From Octopus bimaculoides (Eukaryota), in contig NC_068989.1 in assembly GCF_001194135.2 (NCBI RefSeq), positions 41,257,421 to 41,321,420 of the forward strand: DNA of 64,000 nt, given 5' to 3'. The notes under the pieces are model-generated. The model ran no database searches and was not told where the DNA came from. It worked only from the letters and a program-made list of their open reading frames with translations. Positions 26,663 to 40,833 of the stretch are shown piece after piece (position 1 is the first letter of the stretch; every line of letters starts with the position of its first letter). The position numbers and the translations under genes are program-made.

Positions 26663-27153
26663 AAAGATAAAAAGCCAAATTGACCTCAACAGGATTTGAA
26701 CCCAGAATGCAAAAAGCTTTTATACATTAATAATTTGATATTCAATTAAATTGTAGTCATACACAAAGAATAATAAAATACTATTATTTTTTGTGTATGA
26801 CTACAATTTTATACCTTTACATAGACTAATTATAGTTTATGCTGTTATAAAGGCACAAGTCCTTTCACTACTCTGGTGGTTGGCCATGTTTGCTATATCA
26901 CTCCCCTACTACAGAGATTGGCTTTGTTCTTAATGGAAAGGAGTAAATTATTTACTTACTGAAGGAAGCCAGCAGACTGAGGTTCATAAACTTCAGCTTC
27001 ACTAGGAATTTCACTGCGTTTCACAAGAATAATAATATATTATTATTCTTTCTGTATGACTACAATTTAATTGAATATCAAATTATTAATGTATAAAAGC
27101 TTTTTGCATTCTGGGTTCAAATCCTGTTGAGGTCAATTTGGCTTTTTATCTTT
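26663..27153. repeat. 113-bp inverted arms flanking a 213-bp duplicate of 23764-23976
   Basis: Direct sequence comparison; see findings. Confidence 0.95.
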
Positions 27154-27233
27154 AAGAATTTATTTAGACACACTTTCTTGAATTCTATGGAGTGCGAACA
27201 ATGTGATTTACGTTACCTGCTTGAAGATTATAA

Positions 27234-27280
<47 letters not shown>

Positions 27281-27328
27281 TGTGTGTGTGTGTGCTGGTG
27301 TAAGTGAATGGCTATGCATGTAACTTAC

Positions 27329-27383
27329 CCGCGAGACTTCACTACTACCCCAGTCATTAGCAAATGAAGACATAGAGCAAGAC
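27329..27383 (-). CDS. Coding exon (SCSMSSFANDWGSSEVSR), phase 2->0
   Basis: Acceptor ctttttttatttacttatgcag, donor CGG|GTAAGT; phases match both neighbours. Confidence 0.8.
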
Positions 27384-28072
27384 CTGCATAAGTAAATAAA
27401 AAAAGACAATGTTGTTATAACAGTATACCCAGTGATGTCTTCACAATATTATTTGTGACATATTTGGTAATCTTTATTAATAGTCTATCAAGAAAATATC
27501 AATAATTATATTCACTGGTGCATAAGATGCACTTCTGTATTTGAAAATAAATAAAAAAATTACATTGTCTAATGCAGTCATATTATGGATAGGAGACTAA
27601 GAATCGTAGCTTAAGGAGATGAATGAGCCTAAGTCTACTAGGCCCAAAAATTGTTACTTATAATAAAATATTGGTTTCAAATTTTGGCACAAGGCCAGCA
27701 ATTTTAGGGGAGGGGTCAATTGATTACATCGATTCCAGTGTTCAAATAGTACTTATTTTATTGGCCATGACAGGATAAAAGGTAAAGTCGACCCCGATGG
27801 AATTTGAACTCAGAATGTAAAGACAGATGAAATACCACTAAGCATTTTGCCCAGTATGCTATACTTATAATGAAATATTGAAAACAAATCAAAATATCAC
27901 AGTCTGTTACCACAAACTTGGAAAAGATTGCTTAAGGTTATGTCAGCAATTTTGTGGAGAGGTCACATTGTTTCAATATACCTCCTCTCTCAGCATACAT
28001 AATCTACACCTGGTATGTGTTTTAATTAATTTAATGACTGGGTTACAATTAAGAAACAGTTATTATCTAAAT

Positions 28073-28337
28073 CAGTGGTTGTTAACCAGGGTCCAGAGGG
28101 CTCTTGGGTGTGAACAGGGAGTCCATATTTTGTCGATAAAATTTATGTGCAATAAATCAGTTATACTCCTACAGTCACCATCACCATCGTTTAACATCTG
28201 TCTTCCATGCATGAGTAGGATGGTTGACAGGAGCCAGCCAGGTAGAAGACTACCTCAGGTTACCGTGTCTGTTTTGGCAGGGTTTTTACAGCTGGATGCC
28301 CTTCCTAATACCAACCACCCTGCAGTGTAGACTCAAT

Positions 28338-28377
<40 letters not shown>

Positions 28378-29194
28378 TCTTTTACTTGTTTCAGTCATTT
28401 GACTGCGGCCATTCAGGAGCACCGCCTTTAGTCAAAGAAATTGACCCCAGGACTTATTCTTTGTAAGCATAGTACTTATTCTATCGGTTTCTTTTGCCAA
28501 ACTGCTAAGTGATGGGGATGTGAACACACATACATATATATATATATATATCATCATCATCATTTAACGTTCCATGCTAGCATGGGTTGGACGATTTGAC
28601 TGAGGACTGGTGAACCAGATGGCTACACCAGGCTCCAATCTGATTTGGCAGAGTTTCTACAGCTGGATGCCCTTCCTAANNNNNNNNNNTGATTTGGCAG
28701 AGTTTCTACAGCTGGATGCCCTTCCTAACACCAACCACTCTGAGAGTGTAGTGGGTGCTTTTACGTGCCACCGGCATGAAGGCCAGTCAGGCAGTACTGG
28801 CAACATATACATATATACGTCGGGCTTCTTTCAGTTTCCGTCTACCCAATCCACTCACAAGGCTTTGGTCAGCCCGAAGCTATAGTAGAAGACATTTGCC
28901 CAAGGTGCCACGCAGTGGGACTGAANNNNNNNNNNATAGTAGAAGACATTTGCCCAAGGTGCCACGCAGTGGGACTGAACACAGAACCATGTGGTTGGAA
29001 AGCAAGCTACTTACCACACAGCCACTCCTGCGCCTATATAAAATATTAAATTTTTTTTTAATACAATTCCTAATAATATTTAATTATAGAAATACAGTAG
29101 GATGGTTTGTGTTTTTTCAAATGGTTATGTAGGTCCAAAGGACTAAAATAGGAAGCAAAGGGGTGTATAGGCAAAAAATAGTTGAGAACCACAG
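28073..29194. mobile_element. hAT-type MITE with nested SINE/RTE-tail insertions
   Basis: CAGTGGTTGTTAAC / GTTGAGAACCACAG ends; exact 8-bp TSD ATCTAAAT at 28065-28072 and 29195-29202. Confidence 0.8.
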
Positions 29195-30664
29195 ATCTAA
29201 ATGAAAAAGTCTCCTAGAAAGACAAAAGACATGTTAAAAAACTTTCATACACTTGACAGCTATTTTCAGTGACTGAATGAGAACAAAACTATAGTGATGA
29301 TGGACCATCCTCATGATGGGTCACATTTATACAAAACTTTACAGCAAGAAATAAGTTTCACACCTGCACGGCAATTCTTTTAACCAAAATATAAATAACC
29401 ATACAATTGAACTGAAACAAGAGAAAGCTAAGATATGGTAGTCCCATCATACGGCTTTTTTTTAAGATAAATTTATGGTTTCCTACTTTATACCTGTATA
29501 TATAATTATCATGACTCAGTGGTTAGAACATTGGACTTAGAATTGTGAGGTCATGAGTTCAATTGCCAGATCTGGTTGTGTGTTGTGTTCTTAAGCAAGA
29601 CACTTTATTTCATGTTGCTCCAGTTCACTCAGCTATAGAAATGAGTTGTGAAGTCACTGGTGCCAAGCTGTATCGGCTTTTGCCTTTCCCTTGGACAACA
29701 ATGGTAGCATGGAGAGGGGAGACTGCTATGCATGGGCAACTGCTAGCCTTCCACAAACAACCTCACCCAGGATTGTGCCTTGGAGGTGCAAACCCATGGT
29801 CATTCATGACCAAAGGGATCTTAATATATCGCAATATTGTTGTTACATGCACAAAATCAGACAGTCTTCCCCACAAAACCATGTCAAAATATCTTCCAAT
29901 ATGTAAATGAAACATACTAAATTTGCTTCTTTCCACAAAATACCCTTCTAAAATAGGAGTACATCTTTTGCAAGAATGCATCTTGTGCTGTACATCAGCA
30001 TATGCAGTAATTAAGACAAAGATTAGTACACATTTCAGTCACACAAAATCATTTATTAGTCATGAAGTTTCAACAAAAACTGGAGCCCTGAGGTCACTTG
30101 CACCTCATTCTTCACAATAACATCAATTAACTCAAATGCAGGGCCTTCCTTTAATTCTACTTAAATTTCAGTGGATGACAACTGGATGTTAGATGAAGTA
30201 TTATAATTTCTTTTTTTTTTTTGCTATATGTCAGACTTTATAGATCTTGCAAGTGAGAGGTATAAATAGTTTCAACCAAACTTTTCTTTATTTTGTTTTA
30301 TTTAATCAATTTTCAAACCTTTTTCTTTTCCCATAGTTCAGTAAGAAGTACACTTCTTCTATTTCAATTAACTTTCAATAGAACTTTGTCATTATTAACC
30401 CTTTAGCATTTAAACTGGCCATATCTGACCCAAATATTCTTGTTCTATGGTCAACCAGCCATATCTGGCTTCTCACACCTACCTTACAATGTCATTCTAA
30501 AAAGAAACAATCACGTCATCAAAATCTCAAAGCTATGAGTTAAAGCATGATTAATTTAAAACAATGTGAATAAGTATTACAGTTGACAATAAAATCTGAA
30601 TGCTAAAGGTTTAAAATGCTGTTTGGAACATAAATTAACATGAAATTTGATGGAAGGTTAAAAA

Positions 30665-30960
30665 TTTATTATCCAACCATCTCATTCTCGGTCTACTCCT
30701 AGGCCTCCTACCAGGTGGCTTGGTTTGAAGGATTCATCTTGTCATTTTATCCTTCAACATTCTATTTACATGACCATAGTACCAGGGCTGTGACTTCTCA
30801 ATGCAGAAAAGTAGCAGACACTTTGGAGAGACACTTTGATCTCCAAGCTATGCACCTTGTTGAATAACATTACACCAGAGATGGTTGGATAATATCCATA
30901 GTCTCAGTTGGGTATTCTTAGGAATCCATCCAGGAAGTTTAATAACAGTTGCTTCTGATA
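30665..30960 (-). mobile_element. Degraded RTE 3' ORF fragment
   Basis: IEKSQPWYYGHVNRM..KPPGRRPRSRPRMRWLD. Confidence 0.7.
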
Positions 30961-31724
30961 GGACCATTAGAGGAGTTACCTGAGGACTCTACTCTAAAAA
31001 CCTATCCAGAAATAGTTGGAGAAGACAGATAAATGGGTGGATGGATGGATGGACAGACAGACAGATAAATGAATGGATGCATGGATGGATGGATGGTTGG
31101 TTGGTCAGTCATAAATTTAGGTCACTTTAAACAATAAGCCAGTATCATACAACCTGGACTTGGTATCAAAACGGTTGAAATAGTGCAATTAGTGCTAATT
31201 AGGAAAATGGAATCTCAACCAACAAAGATGAAGTAAGGACATAAAGAACTGGATAAGATCGACTCTGGTGTAATATAAGTCTGCAACATGGGACCACAGT
31301 GGCATGAGGGGTGAGATCTCAGACTATGCCTATCGTGCAGGACAGTCATTCGTTCATATTTGGGTAACTTCTTGTACTACTGCCACTGCTACTTCTGCCA
31401 CTTGTTAGTACTACAACTATTCCTTCTACTACTATAACTACTACCACCACCACCACTGCCACCTCTACTGATAGTCACACTACTACTGCAACGCACCAAA
31501 GAAGACATGGGTGAAACAAACTGAAGAAGACCTGAAGTCATAGCGCCTTGACGTCAAGCATGAATAAGGCCAACACCATGGATCGGAAAGCAGGGAATAA
31601 CATCATTACCAGAGTCCATCAATCAGCAGCACCCATAGCAGTGTATTAGTTGAGGGGACAGCCTCCACCCTTGGTCACCAGCTTGGGATTTTACTAACTT
31701 ACTTACTACTGCATCAGCTATTAC

Positions 31725-32110
31725 AACTGGCAATACTACTGCCACTTGTTACTACAACTACTGCAGGTGCTACTACAGCTTCTACTATTACTGCTGCTTA
31801 CTACTACTACTACTACTACTACTAGTACTACTACTACTACTACTACTGCTACTACTACTACTAATACTACTACTACTACTATTGGTGGTGGTGTATCTAA
31901 TATGAGTGTTTTTGTATCAAATACAAGTGTGGATTGATAGAGTGACACAAACAATAGCATCTGCTACCACCTTCACTACTCCTGCTGCCATCACATCTAC
32001 CACCACCACCACTATCACCACCACCACCACTATCACCACCACCACCACCATCATCCTCATAACAACTACTACTACTGCTACTACTACTGCTACTACTACT
32101 ACTACTACTA
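31725..32110. repeat. Compound (TAC)n/(CAC)n trinucleotide array
   Basis: Visible directly. Confidence 0.95.
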
Positions 32111-33449
32111 CTTGAATTGCTTGCCAAGTCTTTTATGATTATTTTGGCGATTGTCCAGATAAACTTAACCAAGTCAACACCTCAGTTTCAATTTCCAACT
32201 TTAGCAACTTCCTCATCACACGTACCCACACCTCACATATTCCCACCCAGCCACACCCATTCAACCCCACCACCAACTTTGTGATTCATCTATGAATCTC
32301 AGAACTGTCTTTTTTTTCTACAGAGATGGCAAAAAACCTGTATATCACCTCTTCTTGTCATTTCGATAACATCAATTAAAGTGACAAGCAGGCAGAATCA
32401 TTAGCACGCCAAGCTAAATGCTTAGCGGCATTTTATCTGTCATTATGTTCTGAGTTCAAATTCCACCAAGGTCAACTATGCTTTTTATTCTTTCAGGGAT
32501 GATAAAATGAGTACAAGATGAGCACTGAGGTTGAAGTAATCAACTTAAATCCTCACCTCATCTTACTGGTCTTGTGTGGCCTTGTACAGCCATTATTATG
32601 ACAGCAATTAAAGTGGCAAGATGGCAGAATCATTAGCACATTGGACAAAATGCTTAGCAGCATTTTGTCAGTCTTTATGTTCTGAGTTCAAATTCTACTG
32701 AGGTTGACTTCGCCTTTCACCCTTTCAGAGTCGATAAAATAAATATCAGTTGAGCATTGGGCTCAATGTAATCAACTAGCTCCCTCCTCTGAACCTCTGG
32801 CTTTATACCAAAAGTAGAAGCTATTATTATAACATCAATTATATTCACAACAAGAACATCAGTTGCTGCAGCAGAATGACAGAAACAGCTGAAGCACCAC
32901 ACTAAATGCTTCACTGTATTTAGTCCTTTCCTTTTATAATCTCAGCTCAAATTTCATCAAAGGTGACTTTACTATTCAAATAAATAAAGTGAACAGGGAT
33001 CTTCATGAGATTCAACAATGAGGATTCAGTTGCTTGATCTTCTAGATTACCTGCTCTTGAATTAGCACATAAGTGGTGGAATATTCCACAGACATGTGTA
33101 CCATTAATGTAACCCTCAAGTATAATCACTGTGACACAGTGTGCAACTGACAAGGATGTACGTTTGAATTACGGGTACAATTCATCTGACAGGCTTCTGC
33201 ACAGTTTCCATCAACCCAATTTCACTCAAGAAGCTTGAGTCAACCTGTAGTAAAGATGAAAGGTCTGAAGTAAATCTCAAGGTGCCATGCAGTGGGACTG
33301 AACCTGAGACCTTATGCAGTGAACTTCATAAATATTCAATCAGGCTGCATGCAAATCAAGATTCTAAAACACATAAAATGCCATCAGTCTTGTACGAGAG
33401 TTAATAAAGATCTGGACCAGCTCATAGATTAGTTGCCATATGAAGATCC

Positions 33450-33870
33450 TATTGTACCAGAGCATTGACCTGTCAACAGTAGTCTATGCAGGAGAAACTT
33501 GAAAATGACTACATTCCATCAATGGTGTTTATGCAGAATACACTTGATCACCTACAGGGATATAATTGCAAACACTGAAGTCCTGAGAAGAGCCAATCAG
33601 CACAGCTTGCAGGAGATTGTGGCAAAAAAAAAAAAGAGACTTGCAAGTCATGTTTTCCAACTACCAGAAGAATGAATACTGAAGACAGTTACACAATGGA
33701 TGAAGAAAGAGAGGAAGACATGGCTCGCTATCTTCAAAGAAGATCTGAAGCAACTTAGTATCACCTAGGAAGATGCAAGCAGCTATACTCAAAGTGAGAT
33801 TATTGGAGATGTCTAGCTGACCAATGTACAAGCCAACTATAAGAGAGGATCTAAGACTAAGAGTAAGACA
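33450..33870 (+). mobile_element. Degraded RTE 3' end
   Basis: FHQWCLCRI..NTEVLRRA..KTW..FKEDLK; ends in TAAGAC-type repeats. Confidence 0.7.
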
Positions 33871-35902
33871 TACTGAAGTTGATTCAAATTTCTCTTGCTA
33901 CTACTAAAATGATTAACTTTGAGTTGATATTAAGAATTTATGTACTGATTTACTCCTATTTTGGCATCTATTAGGTTCAAATTGGTTGGAAGTCAGCAAA
34001 GAAAAGATCTGTATTACAGTTCTAGATACAGGGTAGAATTTAAAAGAGAAATTCTGGGAAAGACATCATTGAGTATTACAAAAATAGCTTCTCTTCCTCT
34101 GAAGAATAACTTCTATGTTGGCCCAACTAACATCAGCTAGTAGTTCTTCCACATAACCCCTAACTCAGACTCCATATTAACCACTTTTCCCAATTATTCT
34201 TAACTAAAACATTAAGCAAATTGAAATCCCACTTCACCCTGTTTTTACTGCCTAAAAATGTCCAGACTGAACCATAATGATCTCAGAAGTCTTGGAGAAC
34301 CTGAAAATGTCATGGCCACAGGCCTTTCCTTCTGACTGAACAATTTTGACTTGGATCTATCATGAGCCCAAGGACTTATAAGACTTATAAGCTTAACCTG
34401 CTTTCCAGGGTATATGAGTGTCCAAGATTAGAACATTTCTCCCACCATTGAATGGAATGTCAATCTGTCATGGAGTTACCTTCTCAGTTATTGCTCATTT
34501 ACAGTTGAATGAACTGGAACAATGTGAAATGAAGTGTTCTGCTCAAGAAAACAATGCACTACCCAGTCCAGGAATCGAAATCATAATCATATAATTATGA
34601 ATGCAACACTCTAACCGCTGAACTATTAAACAAAAAAAAAAAAAGAATCTATATCATTGAATTCTTTTGTTCTACCTTACACCTTAAATTAGAATAAGGA
34701 TCCTTTGTTCATTGAGCCCCACCAACTGACCAATCAGCCAACCAACCAGAATCTGATGCAAAAAAAAAGGGGCAATTCAATGGATATTAGTTATCAGCAG
34801 GAAAAATTTAGGCAAAGTGTGAATGACAGCAGGTTATTATTCTGGGTGCAGAGAATTAGAAAAAGTGGTTAATCAAAGGCCAGGATAAGGTGTAATAGAA
34901 AAAGGGATGAGATACATCAGAGGTGAGACACAGCCTAATCAGGGGCCAGCATAAGGTGAGTTAGAGCAGTGTGTGAGACACAGTAGAGGTGAGACACAGC
35001 CAGAGTGAGACACAGTAAGGGTGTGATACAACAGGAATGTGTCAGGAGTACCTGAGAAGAGCTGGTATGTTTACTTCTAAGGCTTATCTTTCATAAGCTA
35101 GAAAGACACCCACTTGGAGGGGAATACTCTGTGCATTCCCATTTTAATGTGGAATACACTAACTAATCATAGAACAACAACATTCCTCACAGAAACACAG
35201 TATTCAGACCCAGAACCTGGATACAACATTAAGACAGAAGATCAGGGTAACTGGTAAATTGTAATGAAACTGACCATTCTCAAACCAATCTGGTACCTAC
35301 TCCTCCACAGCTAGGCAGACTGCAGTAATGTAGGCTAAAACGTCCCTTCTAAATTTGCACTGAAATATCAGTAAAAGATTTGAACACTAGACCTCTGAGC
35401 AAGTAGAACAAAACCTTTATCTACACACAGAACACATGACTAATTAAAGACAAGGCTCTCATGCTGAGAGCTAAATCGTACACCCACATATACACAAACA
35501 CACTATGGGCTTCCACACAGCATCTGTCAACCGACTTCCAATCACAAGACTTTAATCAATCCAAGGCTATTGTAGAAGACATTTGCCTATGGTGTCATGC
35601 AGTAGAATTGAACCTAGAATCAATACAATAAAGTAGTAGCAAGTAGATACAAACAGCAGGTGACACTCCAACTACCCTAACTTATATGAGCAGAGTTTAG
35701 TGTCTTGCTCAAGAACACTGTACTATGTCAGACACTGGATAGAAATACTTCAGTACTGTAAGTGCTTGAGGACTAAAGTCTCCCCTGTGAACATAAGAAG
35801 TATAATGCTATGATATTAATGCCTTTCTCCAAGGAGATGAGAAAGTTAGCAGCAATGTCATTAAGACCAGAAAGAAACAGAAGAGAAATGACAATGACTT
35901 AC

Positions 35903-36245
35903 TCTGTAGTAACTTCTCTTTCGTCGAGTGAGATATGGCTTTGATGCATGCAACTGGTATCATTGTCGTGGTTAGGCCAGTCAAGATGCCTGTTGAAGGG
36001 TGATGAACATGATGAAGATGTCGACATTGCTGATGGCGCATTGGGAGAAGTGGCTTCCACCAAATGCAAGTGTGTGTCCTTTGATTGTGCCACATGTACA
36101 GCAGCTAGGTACTTCTCCCTCTCTGCATTTGAGGTAAATCTCTTCAAATCATCCTCCTTCACTTGTATCGAGTTGGGGTTCAGCAGTTCATAAATAGAGG
36201 ATAACAATAATTCTCGATCTTCAAGAGCTATTTCCTTTAAAGTAT
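35903..36245 (-). CDS. Coding exon, SAM C-terminal helix plus Ser-rich linker, phase 1->2
   Basis: Acceptor ttgaattttcttctacag, donor GA|GTAAGT; 343 nt open; DRELLLSSIYELL fits SAM helix 5. Confidence 0.85.
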
Positions 36246-37677
36246 CTGTAGAAGAAAATTCAAAGAAAGAATTAAGGCTAAAAATGGACATTTAAGAATG
36301 AGGTTTAAGTCAAGTCTAAATATGATAAACAGATTAATGGTACAGTCTTTTGCTTCTTCTTTGATATTCTATTTTCACATGCACACCAAATTCTTCCTGC
36401 ACTAAGAAGTTTGCTTCCCAACCACATGGTTCTAGGTTCAGTCCCACTGTGTGGCACTTTGGGCAATTATCTTCTCCTATAGCCATGAGTTGACCAAAAC
36501 CTTGTGAGCAAATTTGGTAGATAGAAACTGAAAGAAGCCCATCATATATATGTGTATGTGTGTCTTTCTTTGTATATGTGTTCATTCCCCCATCACTGCT
36601 TGACAAACAGCATGGGTGTGTTTACGTATGTCCCCATAACTTGGCAGTTTGGCAAAAGAGACCAACAAAATAAGTACCAGGCCTTACAGAAAATAATAAG
36701 TACAGAAGTTGATAAGTTTGACTAAAATTCTTCAAAACGGTGCCCCATCATGGTTGCACTCTAATGACTGAAACAAGTATACAATACTATCTTCAGACAG
36801 CCTGAATCTTCAATTTTCCAAACACATTCAGTTGATTCTGTCAGGATTACAGTATTTGCACTTACATTAACACTCATCCAAACTCTTTTCATACCAAACT
36901 CTTTCGAAACTTTTCCTAGTACTATGATATATTATGTTCGAACCTTTTTGCGTTCAGATTACTCGATCAAATCTAAGGCTTATTTATTCACATTGTTTTG
37001 AATTAATCATGCATTATCTCATAGCTTTGAAATTTTGATGAAGTTAACGTTTATTTTTAGACTGATATTAGAGGGTAGGTGTGAAAGACCAAATCTAGCT
37101 GTTTTGAACACAAAACAGATAGAATATTTGGGCCAGATGTGACTGGTTTAAATCCTAAAGAGTTAAAAGGATCTAAATTAAAACCTTCCATCAAAATTTC
37201 ATGTCAAATTCCCAAACCAGCTTAATAACAACAAAGTTATTTTGCTAGTGGTGTCACTTATTAGAAGTATGGTAATGATAGGGTAAGCAAACTGGTTACT
37301 GTTTTCAAAGGTAATTGTCCAAAAATATACAAACAAACTTTCCAGGCTCTTTCAATTGTTAAGCACCTTTTTATATGCATGAGGCAGAAAAACTGGCAGA
37401 ATCATAAGAGTGCCAGATAGAATGTCTTGTAGTATTTACTCTCGTTCTCTGTACTCTGGGTTCAAATATCACTCAAGGCAACTTTGCCTCAATGGGAAGC
37501 ATGGAAAAGTGGACTTTAAAGAATGATGATGATGACACACACACACACACAGAAATATATAAAGAAGAAGAAGAAGAAGAAGAAGAAGAAGAAGAAGAAG
37601 AAGAAGGAGGAGGAGGAGGAGGAGGAGGAGGAAGAGAAGAAGAAGAAGAAGAAGAAGAAGAAGAAGAAGAAGAAGAT

Positions 37678-39640
37678 TTCGGCCCATTATTCTCAGTATC
37701 TCTCTACACGGTGGGCCTGCAACAGCTGGACGTATTGCCTTGCAACCGGGCTCATGCCACTTCTGTGGTCTGATACACTTTCACAAACCTCCTGGTAATC
37801 CAAGCACTACCCTCAACTGCTTTCTCCCCACATTCCTTGATGATCCTCCTCACAGCAGATACACTAGCCACCTTCAGAAACCTTCTGAGAGAAGCTGCTG
37901 GGAAATCCCTGCAGCCAACCTTGAACGCAACCAGCTCACAGATGTAACCCTTCATCCGAATCTCAGCTATCAGCTCTTCATAGCCCAACAGCTTCTACTC
38001 ATGGGCCTCAGCAATGCTCTCCTCCCATAGCATTGTCAGCTCCCCAAGTACCACATGTCTCTGACCCTCATCTACTAAAACAAGGTCAGGCTGGAGTACT
38101 GACACCACGATGCTTTCAGGCAATGGCTTGTCCACAAAAACCTCCCATTTTCTGTCTTTGGCCTGCCGAGGTTCCAGTCTCTTTGGCATCACACCTTGCT
38201 GCACAAATGCTGTCATGCACAATCTTAGTTCAGGCACTCGACTCTCTCTTGCAGCTGAAGCAACAACATGTAGCACTAAATTATGACTAAATGTATACCA
38301 CCCTGACTGGAGTGCTTTTGGGCAAGCTGACAGGATGTGTTTGAGGCTGCCATACTTCCCACACAAGTGGTACTGGGGACTCTCTTGGATACCTTATTTT
38401 TTTAGATTCGCTGGAGACGGATGCACATCATAAGCAGTCTGGATCAGAGCTTTCAAATGCCCTGCACTCAACCGCCACCAATCAGACCACTTCAACTCCA
38501 GCTTTTCGACATCATCCCAATTCAGCCACCGACCCTACTGTGCTTGTTGCACTGCATGACCCAGACGTCTCTCATCTTCCAGCTGCCTTACTTGTTGTTC
38601 ACATAGCTTCTGCTGTTCTTGTTTACTTAACTCAGATCAAAACCACTCTCTCTTGACAAGCCCCACACCAGTCCTGCTGTCTATAATCACTCCACACACT
38701 CCAGCATGCTGGGTCATCTCATCAAGCTACTGCATCACCTGTGACCTTCCACTTCCTACCAGTTTTAAAATCTGGTGGATTGCCCTGGATCACAGTGTCC
38801 CTTGACTCAGACAGCATCAATCACAGACGCACCTTGGAGACCTTGTACTCCTCCACTAGTGACGTCAGGGGCAACTGGAGCATACCCTGGTTGCCATAAA
38901 GGGCAACAGATGAAAGGCACTTCGAAAGGGCAAGCCACTTCCTTACCTTCTTATTGATCTTACGTTCAACTGTTTCAATCCTTGTTAGAGAAACTTCATA
39001 CACAGTTATGTACCACAGCAGTCTTGGGAGCAACCCAAAATGCATGTACCACACCTTGAACTTCCCTGGCAAACTTGCTTGATCAATGCTCTTTAGCCCT
39101 GTCTCTGCCTGCTTCTGCAGTTCAACACCACGATGCTTATCTGTGAGGGGAAAACTGACTTTTGACACTTTGCTCACGAACAGTTGGTATTTGCTCTCCA
39201 CTGATGCTGAAAACCAAATTTACAAGCGATCCACCCTTCAGTGAAAGGTCTAAATGCTATCCGACTCCAGCTGATCAGTTCAGACAGTCTATTCACCATG
39301 TCTCTGGCAACGTTGATATTCTCCTGCGCAATGGTGAGATCATCCATGAACACTCTCAGTTTTACTTCTCCTCGGTTGAACCTGTGCTCAGGCATTAAGC
39401 CCCTCAGTATAATCTCCATGACCATCACAAAAAGGGTTGGTGAGATGGCACAGCCCATTGCAATCCCCTTTTGTAGATCAATGTATTCAGTGGTGTACTT
39501 TGCAATAGAGAACCGAAACATGAACTGGTCAAAGTATATGGATAGAATGCTTTGGAGTTTCTGGGGCACATAGAAGAACTCCAGGGCTACCTGTATCATG
39601 TTATGAGGCACAGAACCATATGCATTTGCTAGGTGCAGTC
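37678..39640 (-). mobile_element. 5'-truncated HERO-like (R2 superfamily, RLE-type) non-LTR retrotransposon with (TTC)n tail
   Basis: LANAYGSVPH, QKGIAMGCAISP, FMDD RT motifs; C-x2-C..H..S-x-C zinc knuckle; PDLVL..E RLE; tail 37560-37677. Confidence 0.9.
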
Positions 39641-40466
39641 ATACAACATGCAGCTCCTTATACAATGCTTTCTTCTCTATATGTATGTATACACACACAC
39701 ATGCACACATATATATGTATGTATACATATAAATACATGAACTCACACATATGCATACACAATGAGCTCTCATACACTTTCTGTTTATCAAATTTCCCTC
39801 ACATTGTATTATTAAACTCCAAGATGCGTTGGGGAATTCAAGAAGACCTGTCCACCACAACAGAATTGAGGTTCCACATAAAAAGCACTGGTGCTGATGT
39901 CATGTAAAAAGCGCCAAGTACACTCCATAAAGTGATTGGCATCATGAAGGGTATCCAGCTGTAAAAACCAAGCCAAAACAGACACTGGAACCTGGTGTGG
40001 TCCCTGACCTAGCCAGTTCCTGTCAAGCTGCCCAACCCATGCCAGCATGGAAAACGGATATGAAATGATGATGATGATGACGATGGTAGCAGACATTTAC
40101 TTAAGGTGCCACAGTATAATTTAACCCACAGCCATGTGGTTGCAAAGCAAAAATCTTAACTACACAGATTTGCCTGCACACACTGTTAGACTTTGGCACA
40201 GAAAGACTGACATATGTCTCAGAACCACTTCCAAGACATACTACAACGACAGCTAATAGAATGAAATGAAGAACACCTTGGTTTATAAAACAGGTATTAA
40301 AGACAGAAGAGGAAATGGTTGGCAGAGACAGCCTATATCGACATCCAGAGTTTTATCAATTTTATTTAAGTAAATCAGTGATGTGTGCAAAGTATAGAGA
40401 TAGTGGGTTAGAGCAGAGTTGTATATTTGTATGACTGAGACATATGTATGTGAGTGTGTAGATATG

Positions 40467-40514
<48 letters not shown>

Positions 40515-40685
40515 TGATGTGCAAATGTAGATGTCTGTGCATGTGTGTATGTACACAAGTAGTAACTATGTGTATAAAATTAATGAGTATGTAAACAGAA
40601 TCAGTGAATGTGTATTTATATACACTGCGGTTGTGGGATTGTGGGTATGAGTGTGAGTGTATGCAAATATAGAAAAGGTGTGTGT

Positions 40686-40716
<31 letters not shown>

Positions 40717-40792
40717 CACACTAGTAGTGAGTATGTATGTGTAAAAGAAATGAGTATGTATGCATAATGAGTTAGTGAATACGTATGTACTC

Positions 40793-40833
<41 letters not shown>

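Noticed and set aside
28640-28985. Tandem duplications around the two short N gaps
   Set aside because: Identical sequence on both sides of 10-11-nt gaps is typical unmerged contig overlap
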